NCBI GenBank assembly: GCA_021613535.1
Contig: CP075494.1
Span: 1,426,001 to 1,490,000, forward strand
Source of the DNA: Adineta vaga
Lineage: Eukaryota > Animalia > Rotifera
Direction: 5' to 3'
Length of the DNA: 64,000 bases
How positions within the stretch are numbered: position 1 is the stretch's first letter; the number at the start of each line of letters is the position of its first letter. Both the position numbers and the translations under genes were made by a program. A model generated the notes under the pieces. That model was not told the DNA's origin. It ran no database searches and saw only the letters and a program-made list of their open reading frames with translations. Below, in pieces: positions 25,814-39,560 of this stretch.

Positions 25814-26429
25814 GGTTTCATACGTTTCGATTTTTAATATAGACGGAAGTGATCAATATATTCCAAATAATACATGCAAGTTGAGAGGAAAAAGAAAGCA
25901 ATAATATATGACAGACATAACAAGATTTTTGTTTCTTTACTATATCGAGAAAAAAGATCTAACTTATATTTGTGATGATGTAGATGAAATGATGATTTTA
26001 TTTTTATGAAATTTCTATAATGAAAACGAAAATGTCTGATATTGTTTCGACAAGTAAATCATAGTCGTGCTGTTAATATTTTCATGCAATTCATGTACTC
26101 TCATATATCACAATTGATCACACATACAGGTAGGTATGTATGTTTCTAAAAATCATATTTGATTGTACCTGTATATTTGTTCTTTGTTTTCTGACAACAC
26201 GTAAAAAATAGTGACTTTCAACTTTCATCATAACTTTCTATATTGAGAGACATAATCGGTGTGAAAATTGGTAAAAGCTAACGTTTTTTGTATATTTTCA
26301 TTCATGCTTCATTATTGCTCATTATTCATTTTCCGTGATAAAGTGTCTTCTTATACTGCTGTTCTTTTCTGTCTCAGGTAACATTGTACATTCATATCAC
26401 TTTTCGTTCTTCATCGTAGTATATTCAAA

Positions 26430-26702
26430 ATGAATATTCCTACTAGAATGAACACTGGAACTGCTCAACATTTTGACAACGTTGGTATGCGAATATACAA
26501 CTATATCCGTCAAAACAACGCACACCAACTTCGTCCTGCATTCGGTCAAGCTCATCAATTTCAACCAATACGTGGAATTGCATTTGCCTCTAATATTCTA
26601 CAATATCGTGGTCAACAATCAGGTGGATATCCTGCACCTAATTATTCTGCAGTTGAATTTGCCAGACGCTTTGCCAGTAATCTCGTTCATTCTAAGAATT
26701 AA
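26430..26702 (+). CDS. Small 90 aa protein of unknown function
   Basis: ATG-initiated intronless ORF with protein-like composition, more GC-rich than its flanks. No family recognised. Confidence 0.55.
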   Translation: MNIPTRMNTGTAQHFDNVGMRIYNYIRQNNAHQLRPAFGQAHQFQPIRGIAFASNILQYRGQQSGGYPAPNYSAVEFARRFASNLVHSKN

Positions 26703-26964
26703 AGCATTTATTCAATAGATGATGATCTGTCATTCTATATACATCATAAACTTTTGTTTTGTTTGCACTTTTTAAAATGTTCAATAGTTCTCACTATAAT
26801 ATTTATTACAATCTATTTTCCTTACGCTACAGACAAACAATTGTAAATTAAGGAATCTCCTCTATTCGAATTGTTTCTCCATACTTAACTAAGTAAAACA
26901 TAATGATTAAAAATATTAGAAATATATCGTTTTATTTTAATATTTCTTTGGTATTGATGATTGT

Positions 26965-29240
26965 TCAATTGACGAATGATAATGGATTACCATGAATAAG
27001 TTTTTGATTATTCAGTCGTTTTTGTTTTCCACCTTGTCGTAGCCGTTCACGTTCATGACGAACTGGATCAATACCAAACCAATATTTCAATATATCCATT
27101 ATGATAACAAACAATGCTACAATGATCAAAGCAATGATGACAACATAAGCAAAAGATTTAGTAATTATTTTCAAGAACATTATTTTCTTAGCAACTATTT
27201 CACAATGACGACCAGAATAAAAATGATGACCAAGACATTCACATGTATAATTAAGTATCGATGGTCGACATACAGCATTATTTTGACACGGGTTACTACT
27301 ACACAGATTTATCATTGATTCACAATGAATACCTTGCCATCCATTATCACATATACATTGAAATGTTCGATCTGATGTTGGATTACATGTACCTATGGTA
27401 AAGATCGAATATCATTTACCTTATCATATAAAACTAAATAGAATACATGCCATGATACATGCAGGTATATGGTTTACAAAATCGTTCATCGATTTCACAA
27501 AAAATACCGTTAAAATCCGATGGACATATGCAAATGTAATTAGTAAGTGTTGTGTTGATACAAGTACCATTGTTTCGACAAGGATTCACCATGTGACATA
27601 TATTATTAGAAATATTACAATGAGTACCAATATATGATACATCCTCACATTGTTTAGGAATAAAGAATAGTGTTGATTGTTCACCTAACAAATGGATTCA
27701 AATGTTATCAAAAGAATAGTGTGAAAGAAAGAACATATATATTAACTGAAATTACCAATTTCGGTTTCAGTGTTAATTGATGTCGTAGTTGAGAATAAAT
27801 CTTTCGTTGTTTCTAGAAAAATATCTGGATTTAACTTTGATCTTATTTATCGCTTAGTGATTGTGGAATTGCAAGACAATGTGAAATAACTAATTTACTA
27901 TACATACGTTTTTCTTGTAAGACAGCTGAGTTTTCAGTCGTTGGATCAATCGTAGGCGAAAGTTTTGTTGACTGATCTACTACAAAATAGTAATACAACA
28001 TGTATACAATGGGAAATAGAATAAGAAGAAACAATGAATTACCTGTTTTTATAATTGTAGTTGTTGATATGGTTTTTAATAACGTTGTAAATTCATCTAA
28101 ATATATTCAATAATTTTAGATCATAAAGCAGTTAATCTAGGGTATATTGTACTTACTGAAACAATTCGATGCTAGAGTAAATTTCTGAATTCGATGATTA
28201 TATATGTCACTAACAAACATATTTCCAAAACTATCAAACGCAAGAGTCAGTGGATAGCTTAATTGATTTGATGAACTGCCTCCGCCATTGCATCCAACTA
28301 AACATCGAAAACCATTTGGTCCTGAACCAACAATACGATGATTGACTTGATCGGTGATCAAAAGATATTTGTTTGCATCTAGAACAACTCCAGATGGGCA
28401 ATTGAGATCAATTGTGACTGTTGTTGATTTTAGTCCCGCTACTGTTATTCCGATCAAGTGATTTGATTGAAAAAGTTGAACACGATTATTTCCACAATCT
28501 GCTACATACAGATCGTAGTTAATGTCAACAAATATTCCCAAAGGTTCATTGATCTGATTTGACGCAGAACCAGCTGTACCATTACCAGCGATTCGTACTG
28601 TGCTAGTAGAACTATTCAACCATTTTTTAACAATTTCATGACCAAATTTTAATGAACAATATAAAGTATTATTGATATCAACAAAAAGACCATAGCATGC
28701 GACACGGACAGACATGGCAGTAGTCCAGACTTTAGTACTAGCAGTCCATTGTTTGACTTCGTTTTCACCATTAGCTCCAAAAATATTACCGTTCGTTGAT
28801 ACAAATATGGCACGCGGTTCTGTTAAGTTAGAAGATATATTTTCAGCTGGAGTTGTATTATTATTACGCCAAACTATGATATATCCTTTTTTCTGATGAG
28901 CAACATAAACAGTATTATTTGTATTAACAAAAATAGCATGAGGTAATTGACCAACTATGTTCGTGTTTGCGAAGGTAATTGCATGTGCATACCAGGTAGC
29001 TGTTGGACAAAATTTTGGTTGATTATATGAAATTTCTAAACAAAATTTTGAATATAAGATATTGCATGATCTAATATTTTCATACAATTTTTTTCTGTTC
29101 TTTTGTTTATAGGTTTGTATACTATACTTCTGCTATGCATTGTCTTAATAAAAACAAAACGATTTCGATTATTTACCTGAATTCTCACCAGTAGTTGATA
29201 AAATAATCAACAAAAGTAAAAAAGTTTCCATTTGGAACAT
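26965..29240 (-). CDS. Type I membrane protein: signal, NHL propeller, Thr-rich stalk, EGF repeats, TM
   Basis: Signal exon MFQMETFLLLLIILST, NHL exon 28137-29087, small stalk exons, EGF exons 27434-27691 and 26965-27390, then a TM helix followed by MDILKYWFGIDPV. Confidence 0.88.
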
Positions 29241-29768
29241 TTCTTAAACTGATGTCTTTCTCTTCTATGTATTCCTATTTATTAAATATTTCTATCCGAT
29301 AGTTGCTAGAAAACATAGATCAAGTTTAAATATAACCTATTTGCTCACTTATTTTTCTATATAATTACTCAAATTTCTTCCAATTTTTCGGCAAATCTAA
29401 AAAAATAATGAGAACTTGGCAAGACAAGAACGATATATGAAACCTTTGTAAATAATTCTATCCGATATGCTTATACTGGTAATTATGGAGTAACATTTTG
29501 GCAATGTATGTTTTGTATAGACGAAAGAAATAGATTTCATCTTACACGTTCTTTTTCTCATCTTAGTGGGAAAAAACAATTTAAATACATCAATCCTTGA
29601 TTCTAGAAATCAGTCTTTTTTTCCCTTCTTGATTTAATCAATTTCAGACACGTAAAGTATAGATACAAGAAGATCTTTTAGATAAATGATTGAAAATGAA
29701 CTATTTGTTCACAGATATCATTGAAGTTGGGTCGTTGTAATACTTCCGATTTCATACAATCTTCTTTT

Positions 29769-29891
29769 GGGTGGTGAGTGTGGGTATGTGAGAGTACGTA
29801 TCTGCTACGCTCATCCACATCCACACTCTTTATAATACATGATTCGAGGGTTTGGGTCAAAAGTGCACAGTCTCATGTACGCCCACACCCT
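29769..29891. repeat. Two adjacent TLP elements
   Basis: GGGTGGTGAGTGTGGGTATGTGAG...CTCATCCACATCCACACTCT (29769-29829) and TTCGAGGGTTTGGGT...GCCCACACCCT (29843-29891). Confidence 0.75.
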
Positions 29892-30257
29892 AGTTTTATT
29901 TAAATACCTTCAAATCAGAGTGAAGAACATTCTGGCTCGAATTCATATGAATTGTTTGACTACATCAAATCCTGAATCACCAAATGGTTATTTATTTTTC
30001 TTCCCGATATGTTATTCAGAATAAATATTGAATATCTTTTGCATTAAGTCTTCGTGAAAAAATTACATTGGATTTTCAAATAAAAAAATGATAGAAATTT
30101 ACAGTGACGATCATTCTATCGTAGAAACTAAAAACGAGCCCGAACGGAGGTAGTTCATTAAAGATATGAGTTTTTTCTGAGAATAGTGAAAGCTGATGAT
30201 CGAATCAGGATTAAGCACTCTTGGTTAATTGACAAAATACATTTAGAGGGAAGCGTT

Positions 30258-31016
30258 GTTTTTATAATAAAGATAAAAATAAAGCTAATCTTTATCCTCA
30301 AAAATAAAGATAAATGAAGAGAGAAGAAAAAGATATTTCTGATAGAAAAAGGTAAATAACTAATATAACCATAGAATATATTATGAAAGGAAGTTTTCCG
30401 TGTTCCGCTAGTTATATCTCCAGCCACTGCGTGATGAATAAAGAAAAGTTTGCGACTTGATTTATTAATGAAAAAGAGCGTCTCAAAAATCATAGTATTA
30501 TAGACAGTTTGATCGAAATTTACCTTCTCGGATTATATAAACTTTAGATTTTCAACAAAAGGACTAGTGGAGTAACTAGTGTATGTTATAGGTTGGACTG
30601 AGTTGAGCTCAACTAACAAAATGCTGGTTGCGCCATTAAAAAAAGACTATAAATTAGGACTTCTGGATCCTACAAACTTTCCATTAACCATTATAAAATA
30701 TCTTTGTTTTCACAGAATGGCTTTTCCCTAGTGAACGTTTGAGTCTATATATTTGGAGAAACCAATTCTGGATTCCGATTCCTTAGCCTTGAAAATATCT
30801 GATGAAACTTGATAAATCAAGTCGCAAACTTTTCTTTATTCATCACGCAGTGGCTGAAGATATAACTAGCGGGGCACGGAAACTTTTCTCTCATAATATA
30901 TTCTACGGTTATATTAGTTATTTACCTTTTTTTTCTGAGAAACAAAAAATTTTCTTCATCCTTTATTTTATCTTTAATTTGAAAGAATAAAGATTAGCTT
31001 TATCTTTATAAAATAA
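30258..31016. repeat. Long inverted repeat (foldback/MITE-like), ~200 bp arms and ~345 bp spacer
   Basis: ~30260-30465 is the reverse complement of ~30812-31016 with scattered mismatches. The mirror ORFs both read KSSRKLFFIHHAVA.DITSG.RK..HNIFYGYISYLPF. Confidence 0.85.
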
Positions 31017-31237
31017 AGTAGCACGGGCAATACAAAGAAACTTAATTTGCGCATTATTTTTTTCGTCATCAAATTTATAATTAACACTGAAATTAATTTT
31101 GCCCCACGGTTTCTTGCTAGAAGGGAAATAGAATGCATCTCAGAATCTAATATTACTGAGATAAGAATCTATATTTTTTTATGTTGAGCTGTTAATTACA
31201 AAATATTTACTGAAGAATAACTAGTTACGTTCATCAC

Positions 31238-32239
31238 ATGTCGTCCTCCGTTAGTCTTACGGTCAGTCAATTGAGTCAAGCATCATCAATGATTGTACTG
31301 GTTCTAGCATTAACTAGTGTTGTACTAGGTGGAATCGGACTTATATTTAACGTTCTGATTTTTACTCGACTACCTCTTCGACGTGAACCATGTGTAGTCT
31401 ATTTCTTCTGGTCGACATGTTTCAGTTTGATTCTTATACTCATCCTACAGCCCGTACGTATTTTTGCGGTGAGCTTTAGTATGGATCAGACTACTTACAA
31501 TCTTGGCATTTGTAAAATAGAATGGTTCGCTATTTATGTGACACGTTCAGCATCTTCGTGGTTCATTGTATTGGCATGCATTGATCGTTTTTGTCATAGT
31601 TCAGCAAGCGTACGTGTCCGTCAAATGAGTACACTGAAAACGGCAAGAATATCTATCCTAGTTACCATCATTATAGTCTTCAGTATACATGTTCATTCGA
31701 TCGTTTACTACCAAACAGTCTATCAGCCTGACCGATTTGGCAATATTACACCATCGTGCTCTCCTGAGAAAAGTTTCTATTATACATTCCTTGGACTTTG
31801 GAATATGGTTGTATATTCGCTTTTTCCATCCAGTTTAATGCTTCTCTTCGGTCTTCTTACACTGAGAAATATTCGTCAACAACGTTTTATAATTCCAGTA
31901 GCTGCCGATCACAATCAGATGGTTCGACGAACAGATACTCAACTTTTACGCATGTTACTTGCTCAAGTGCTCCTCATCATCATCTTTACTTTACCATTAT
32001 CCATTCTACAACTCTACTCATCGTTCACTGCCAACTTTACCAAGAATGCACTTCAGCTTGCTGTAGAAAGTTTGGTAATTCGTACTGCGAGTGTATTGAC
32101 GTATTTTGCTCATTCGAGTACGTTTTATATGTACACAGTCACCGGTACAGTTTTTCGCAAAGAGTTTTTCAAGATCGTTCGGCGATGTGGACGTACAATT
32201 CGAAATATTATTTCAACGAACCGAGGTGAAATATATTAA
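31238..32239 (+). CDS. Orphan rhodopsin-like GPCR, intronless
   Basis: Seven TM segments; motifs IFN, LRREPC..YF, CK, LACIDRF, DTQLLRMLLAQV, FYMYT..G..FRKEF. Confidence 0.9.
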   Translation: MSSSVSLTVSQLSQASSMIVLVLALTSVVLGGIGLIFNVLIFTRLPLRREPCVVYFFWSTCFSLILILILQPVRIFAVSFSMDQTTYNLGICKIEWFAIYVTRSASSWFIVLACIDRFCHSSASVRVRQMSTLKTARISILVTIIIVFSIHVHSIVYYQTVYQPDRFGNITPSCSPEKSFYYTFLGLWNMVVYSLFPSSLMLLFGLLTLRNIRQQRFIIPVAADHNQMVRRTDTQLLRMLLAQVLLIIIFTLPLSILQLYSSFTANFTKNALQLAVESLVIRTASVLTYFAHSSTFYMYTVTGTVFRKEFFKIVRRCGRTIRNIISTNRGEIY

Positions 32240-32515
32240 ATGGCACAATATTACTTTAATTGTTGTTTGTTTTAAAATATATGTTATAGTTAGATATAAA
32301 CAAAATATTATCTTTCATCTTAATAAACTTCTAATAATGTTCATATATTTAATCACAATGAAAACTTTTTTTAACTGACATATGGCAAATAAACACAGTT
32401 CCTATTTTAAATTCTAATAAAGAAAATTCATGAATTCAACAGATGAACAACATTCACTTTTTTTTTCTATTTGTTGCTGAAAGAATAAACTAGTAACACT
32501 CTACTAATTTACTAA

Positions 32516-35500
32516 ATGGCAGCTTCACTTGAAAATTACTTTCGTAATCTAAATATATTCGATTCCGATATAAATACTCCTGGTGAAAGACGTGATCATG
32601 AACATCGTTCAAATCAAATTGCTACTCGAATATTTTTCCTTATTCTTCTAATTATTCTTATCATTGTTGTCTTATTTTTTCTATTATATTCTCAAACAAT
32701 AACTATTACAGTTCATAATCCAAGTAAAGAACAATTTGAAAACTTACCTTACAATGTTTATTGTCCATGTTCTCATATATCGATGTTTTATGAAGAATTT
32801 GTGACCATTGAAGCAAGATTTCATCAAGTTTGTTCAAGTGATTTTGTTTCCAATCGATGGATTCGAACGATTTTTACAGGTTCAAATGCAACATATTTCT
32901 ATGGATTAGACTTTCGTACTTATGGAAGTGCATCCTTTCAAGCATTAGCAAGTTTTTGTCGTCTTTCAAAAGACAATGTATTACAAAATATAGTTTCATT
33001 TAATAAAATGTCATTTATTAGTCCAGAAATTTTATCTCAAACAGAATTTCAATCACAAATAGATGCATCTATCGAACAATTTCAATTATTTGCATCTAAT
33101 GAATTTCAAACTCAATTAAATTTTGTACAAGATATGATAACTCTAAGTAAATTACAAAGTGGCCTTCAAACAAATTATCTTTTTGCTTATTCTGCTTTTG
33201 ATAATAATCAATTTATTGTATACAGAAGTAGTCTATCATATAGGTCAAGATCTACAAATTCTTGTGTTTGTACAACTGATATGAATTGTAAAATATCATC
33301 AAAAATATATAATATCTTTGGAGAAGCTAGACAAATTACTAATGTGAATAATGTCGGTAGTTTAATGGATATTAATGGTTTTATACTTTCTTATTTACTA
33401 GTCAATTCAATTCTTTTTTCAACACTTGAATGTTTTTACAATCAAATATGTTTAAATAAACTTATTTCATATTTTCCTGTAAATGACAAATTTATTGCAA
33501 TGACAATATCAAACAAAAGTCGATTTAATATTAATTCAACAATAAAAATGATTGTTAATCAACTTATGATAGAAGAATGGATTACAAATATTTCATATGA
33601 TAAATATTATACAAAATGTCAACCTAATTTATGTACTTATACAATAAAGAAAAAATTTACCTTCATGTTTATTTTAACAAAACTTATTAGTTTACTTGGA
33701 GGATTAATATTAATTATTGGTTTTATTGTTCGATACTCTGTACGAATTATAAGACGATTGCCAAGAATTGAACCGATTACATGTAAGTAGAATTTGAAGG
33801 TATGGGTGCTCGATAGATATGTAGTATCCACACTCACACCCTAATAATTTTATTTGACTTTTTCAGTATCTCAACGATTGAAAAATATTTTTGAAAAAAT
33901 TTGGTTAAATTTAAATATATTTAAACATAATGGAAGTAATGAACATCAACATAAATATCAACGAATAGCTACTCGATTGTATCTATTTATTCTTCTAATC
34001 ATTTTATTTCTATTTACTTTATATATATTATTAATTGATGAAGTTCATCATATAAATATTTCAAAACCAATTGAATCCGAATATAAACAATTAGAAGAAA
34101 AATATTCTGATAATATCATATGTCCTTGTTCTTCAATTAAAATGAATTATTCAACATTTATTACTATTCAACCATATTATCATCAATTATGTTCAAGTGA
34201 TTTAATTACTCCTGAATGGATTAATTACAATGTTGTTGGTATACAAGGTCTTACTTATTTAAATATTGATTATCGAAGTAATGCTCAATCACATTTTCAA
34301 TTACTTGCAATGTTTTGTCAACAAGCTAAACAAATAGTTAATAGTAGTATTGAAACGTTTCTTCAAACACAATTTGTTTCTTCTAAAATTGATTCTCGAA
34401 ATTTATTTGAATCAAAAATGAAATTATTTATATCAAATTGGAAATCAACAATATTAAAACGATTTTTACGTATTATTAAAACATTTCAAATCATAATTCA
34501 AGGAAATTTATTAATGAATATTGGTTTAAATGTTGATACGACTTCAACAAATTCGAGTTATCGAGAAACGAAAATCCAAATACGTAAATATTCGAATTGT
34601 TCTTGTGCAATATCATCATGTACACAATTAATGGGTATATATAATTTAAATATAACAAATTTAAGATCGAAACTTTTATTTACTATACCAAATTTTTTTA
34701 TTGGTTGTTCTTCTATTGAATCTTTATTAAAATCAACTTTAGAATGTTTTTATAATCAATCATGTATGATTTTAATAAGTAAATATTTAAATACTTCTTT
34801 TAAATCATCTTTTTCTTTTTCTCCTCTAAATCAATCTCTTAATTTACCAAATGAAACAATTGAATTAATTCTTAATCGACTTATGATTGATTCTTGGTTA
34901 ATAAATATTTCATTTTCTTCATATTATCAAATCTGTTCACCAATATCATGTACAATTGAATATATTGGTAAAAATAATCTATTCAATATTATTACATCGA
35001 TTATAAGTATTTTTGGTGGTTTATCTATTGGATTAAAACTTATTATGAAAATTATTCTTCGTTTTATTGAAAAATTAATGAATAAATTTTCTCTTAGAGA
35101 ATTAAAATTCCTTATAAAAAATCTTTTTTTATGTTCGAATGAACATCAAATGATTCATCGATTACATATTTGTCTTATTCTTACAATATTAAATTGTTTA
35201 TTTCTTTTATTTACTTTTCAATCAAAATTAATAACAATACAAATTGATAAACCAACATTTACAACTTATCAATATTTATTAAAATCTTATTCACAATCTC
35301 TTCAATGTTTTTGTTCAAATATATCAATAATATATAATTCATTTCTTATTATTAAACCTCGTTTTCATCAGATATGTTCAAGTGACTTTATTACTAATCG
35401 TTGGATTAATTATCTTTATAATCAAAATGATTTTTTTCTTCTTTCTCAATATTCTCCAACAGCTATTGGTCAATTTCGATTACTTACTTCATTATGTGAA

Positions 35501-36229
35501 CTTTCTCAAGAAACAATCAATGATAATCTTATACAATTACTTACAAGTAATTATATTAATCAGAAATTATTATCTGAACAACTCTTTGATCAATTAAGTC
35601 AAACGACAATGAATCAATTTCAATTAATTACTCCAGATTTATTTCTAAATATTTTTAATTTAATTAGAGAAATGACAGGTACAAATATGATTATGAGTAC
35701 ATGGTCGACGAATTGGATATTCTTTACTGAACGTATTATTAATCCTCAATGGGCTGCACATACAATACCAATTATTTATCAAGAATGTAATTGTGGTTTA
35801 TCATGGAAATGTACTCAATCATATCGAAGTATGATGATTGGTTGTTATCCACTTGAGACTCTTCTTAAAACAAACCTTCAATGTTTTTATAATCAAGATT
35901 GTATTGATTCAACAAAAACATTTCAACAACTGAATATTTCATCATTGAAACTAAGTCAATTTCATATTAATACAACTATTGAATCAATTTTAAATAATCT
36001 TATGATTGAAGAATATGTAATTAATAAATCTTATGAAAATTATTTTAATCAATGTTCACCATCATCATGTTTATATACTTATATGGAAGATTATCAATTG
36101 ACTCAAGGAATATTATCTATTATTGGTCTCTATAGTGGATTAGAAATTCTTACTCGTTGTTTATCTATATTACTTGTTAAACTATATTTACGATATACAA
36201 ATACAATTACACCAGAAACTACAGAATGA
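32516..36229 (+). CDS. Multi-pass membrane protein with three tandem copies of an uncharacterised Cys-rich TM-flanked module
   Basis: Intron 33783-33866 joins the two ORFs in frame. Each module reads TM-P..F..L-CPC-FHQ.CSSD..W-FQ.L..C-C.C..C-LECFYNQ.C-L.I..W-Y..C.P..C.Y-TM(GGL). Confidence 0.85.
33794..33842. repeat. TLP element inside an intron
   Basis: TTGAAGGTATGGGTG-ctcgatagatatgtagtat-CCACACTCACACCCT within the 84 bp intron 33783-33866. Confidence 0.8.
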
Positions 36230-36476
36230 GAAAAATTTAATAGAATCGATTATTTATAGAACATGGGTTTATTAATCATTCATATGAACAATATTTTCAG
36301 CAATGTAATAAAAAATCACAGATTAAGATTTTTTCGATTATACAACAACAACAACAACAAAGACGTACATTAGAAATATCAGATTAAAACAATAAATATT
36401 CTTTTGAAATAAGTAGAAGTTTTGTTTTCATAAAGCAAAAGACAAAAGCAGAAAAATATAAGTTCGATTTCAATAA

Positions 36477-37793
36477 TTAATTTCCATCAAGAATATGTTG
36501 GACTAATGTTGGTATAGTTAAGTGTAATATGGCAATAATACCACCAATTATACCAATGACTAAACCAATGATAGATGCAATATCAGTTTTATTTTCAATT
36601 AATTCAATTGATTCAATTGTTTTCATTGTCTGAACAGAAGAATATGTGCAATCTGATGGTGAACATTGTTCATAATAGTTGATATAAGATAATGTTGTTG
36701 ACCAGAATTCTATCATTAAGTTATTTAACATATTTTCGATATTTGTGTTTTGCGCATACATAGTTGGTAATGATGAATTAAGTGCAGATGCTGTCAGATG
36801 ACTTGATGATGACATATAACTTTGTAGTCGATTGATACATGTTTGATTATAAAAACATCGAAGATCCGATCGAATTAATGTGTCGATAATATAACAACCG
36901 GTATAAAATCCCGGTATTGAAAATAAAGTGACACCAGATGGATGATCATAAATCGATGCTTGAGTTGTACATTGTGTTGAAAATGCACAGCTACAACCTT
37001 CATATTCAGTTGGAAATATAGATATATTATTACCTTGAGCATATAATTTATAATTTGTTTGTAAACTTGAAAATAATGCATTCGTTTGTATCATATTACC
37101 AATCATTGAGAATGATAGTAAAAAGCTGTTTATTGTTGATGATTTAAATTGATCTAAGCGTGCTGCCATTACTAATTCAAACTCTTGAAAAGAAAGAAGA
37201 TTTGTACTAATATATTCACCAGATAAAAATTGCATTAAGTTGTGTTCAGATGTTTGTTGACTTAGTTGACATAATGTACGTAATGCTTGAAATGAATATG
37301 AAGCTGTTTTTCGAAAATCATTAGCGAAAAATGTTCCACTCGTATGTAAAAGATCATAGATCCATTGTTCTGATATAAATGTACTACTGCAGATTTGATG
37401 AAATCAGAATTGCAGTTCAAGAAACGAACGATAATTGATTGAGGGTTGACTACATGTGCAACGTAGCGTTTGTGAATATTTTGAATACAATTGAGAGTAT
37501 TGATTGTAAGAAGGTTGACTAACACCAATAGTTTGTGTACCATTTTTTGTGACAATTTGTTTAGCAATTATATATGTAGGTTCTTTTGTCACTATTGTTT
37601 TCACAATATAAACAGGAAATGACAATGATAAGATGAACATAGTAATACCTAATCCTATTGAGATCTTCTTGATACGACGTGCAAGGTGAATATCTGGAGA
37701 TTCAAAAGCTTAATAGAAATGAAATTTATAAATTCTAACTTCAATTTTTAAAGAAAATCAAAACTTACGATGAATTTTCTGGGTAGTAATCAT
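36477..37793 (-). pseudogene. Single-module member of the same Cys-rich TM family with an in-frame stop
   Basis: LELQF*FHQICSS: TGA at 37404-37406 where paralogs have a sense codon (Arg in two modules). The rest is intact (DFR, FQALRTLC, LRCFYNQTC, CSPSDCTY, GG). Confidence 0.8.
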
Positions 37794-38224
37794 TGTAAAG
37801 TAAAATTAGTGTGTATTTGATAGTTAAAACGTCAACGGTTTGACTAAAATACTTCTAGTAAAATAATGTTTTTTCCTCAGTATATAAATAAGCGCATTTG
37901 TCTAATTATTTTGAAAGATATTTCCTGAATAAGAAAGTTTTTTTTTCTATATTCACAGATTCTGTTTCTCATTTCTTTATGAAAAAATAAAACTGAGTAG
38001 GTTTTCTGGGTAATATATTTTTTTCTAACTGCGTAAAAGATTGAATTGTTTTAAGTCATGACTATATTCACAAGATATATGAAAAGTAATATACAACCAC
38101 TTAGCTTCTTGAAATGTAATCAGTATTTTCTTTTACAAAAAACTTTCTTCTTTCAGGACAAATATGATTAATCAATAAAACGTTGTGCTTGTTTTTTTTT
38201 CATTTATCAAAAGTTTTTCCGAAT

Positions 38225-38321
38225 CATCTTGAGGGTGTGTGACTTTATGAGTGTTGTTGTGGATGAGAAACACATCCACACACACACACACCTCACCCAC
38301 ACCCCACCCACACCCTCAAGA
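38225..38321. repeat. TLP element, both termini intact
   Basis: CATCTTGAGGGTGTGTG...CACCCACACCCCACCCACACCCTCAAGA. Confidence 0.9.
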
Positions 38322-38385
38322 AATGTCTAATATTTGTCTTGGTAATTTCAAAGAAATATTTTTACATTTTGTTACTGGGAACAAT

Positions 38386-39119
38386 TCACCAACATGTTAA
38401 AAGTAATAACCAACAATAAATACAACAAAAATGAATTTCATATATGAAGCTAACTGACTTAGATTTGGATGACACTGAGGTTGTTGTCGTCGTCGTTGTT
38501 GTCGTCGTTGTTGTAGTAGTTGTCGTTGTTGTTGTGGATTTTAATTTAATTGCTAAGACAACAGATAAGATGACACCAATAGAAATGATGATAAATACGA
38601 CAAAGAAACCGATACAACAAAGATGTCGACAGATCAAATTGTAAAATCGTCTTCTGCTTTCTCTTTCTATTGTTATAGTTGAATTTGGAGGGTGTGGGTG
38701 TGGATAGTTATCGTTCGTTCGAGGTCGAAGTATGAGAGTCGATATCTCGTTTGGTACATCCGGAAGAAAGACATTCATTGGAACATGAGAAGTTGATGGA
38801 TTTCTGGATATTTCTGTTGTCTAAAAAAACGTTGCAAAATGTCACAAATCCGCATTAGAATTTGTTTTTCACTCACAATTCTTTGTGAACGTTGAGATTC
38901 TTGTCGATATCTATCAATAAGATCTTTAATAGCTCGATTCGGCCGTAATTCTGGTATTCGTAGTGGAACACGTGTGATAGGACTTGTACCTTGCTGATTA
39001 ATCCATTGTGTAATGGCTGATCGTTCATATGTATGCCCATCTTCAGCTATAACTGGATCATTCATTATATCAAGCGTTAATGGACATTGATATTCTTCTA
39101 TATTTGACGTATCAGTCAT
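38386..39119 (-). CDS. U-box domain type II membrane protein with Thr stalk, probably 3'-truncated
   Basis: YQCPLTLDIMNDPVIAEDGHTYERSAITQWI..SPITR..LRPNRAIKDLI is a U-box. The next exon has a TM helix and poly-Thr. No ectodomain follows. Confidence 0.8.
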
Positions 39120-39513
39120 GGTGAAGTTTTAATTTGGACTAATCTTAATATTTTTTGTTTTATTCTCAAAAATGACACACGAGTTATATTTCTTTATGTT
39201 TTATGATTTATACTAAATTTTATGTTCTCGCGAAAGTCGACGTTGAAAAAAAACATACATTAAAAGGTGTTCTTTTGTCGACGTGAAAGCTAGATATGTA
39301 AAAGATTCGACAGTCGTAATTGCCAGTTTATTTGCCCAAACTAGAATAAACATCGTTTTCTTTTGTTAATGGATGTTTTCTTTTCACGATGAATTTCTTT
39401 TTAAACAAAATAATTTCAAATATGAAATGAAAAAGTTTCATTCTTTTTTAGACAAAAATCAATTTTACTTGTATATCATAAATAATTCATATTTGAATAC
39501 TTTTCCTGCATAA

Positions 39514-39560
39514 GCGTGTGGGTGGGTGAGAGACGACAAAAAACCCTCACCCTCCATCCC
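39514..39560. repeat. TLP element (degenerate)
   Basis: GCGTGTGGGTGGGTGAGAG...ACCCTCACCCTCCATCCC. Confidence 0.6.

Noticed and set aside
30158-30990. Pair of similar short ORFs on opposite strands
   Set aside because: They are an artefact of the long inverted repeat.
38444-38644. Poly-Val ORF
   Set aside because: It is the antisense of the poly-Thr stalk of the U-box gene.
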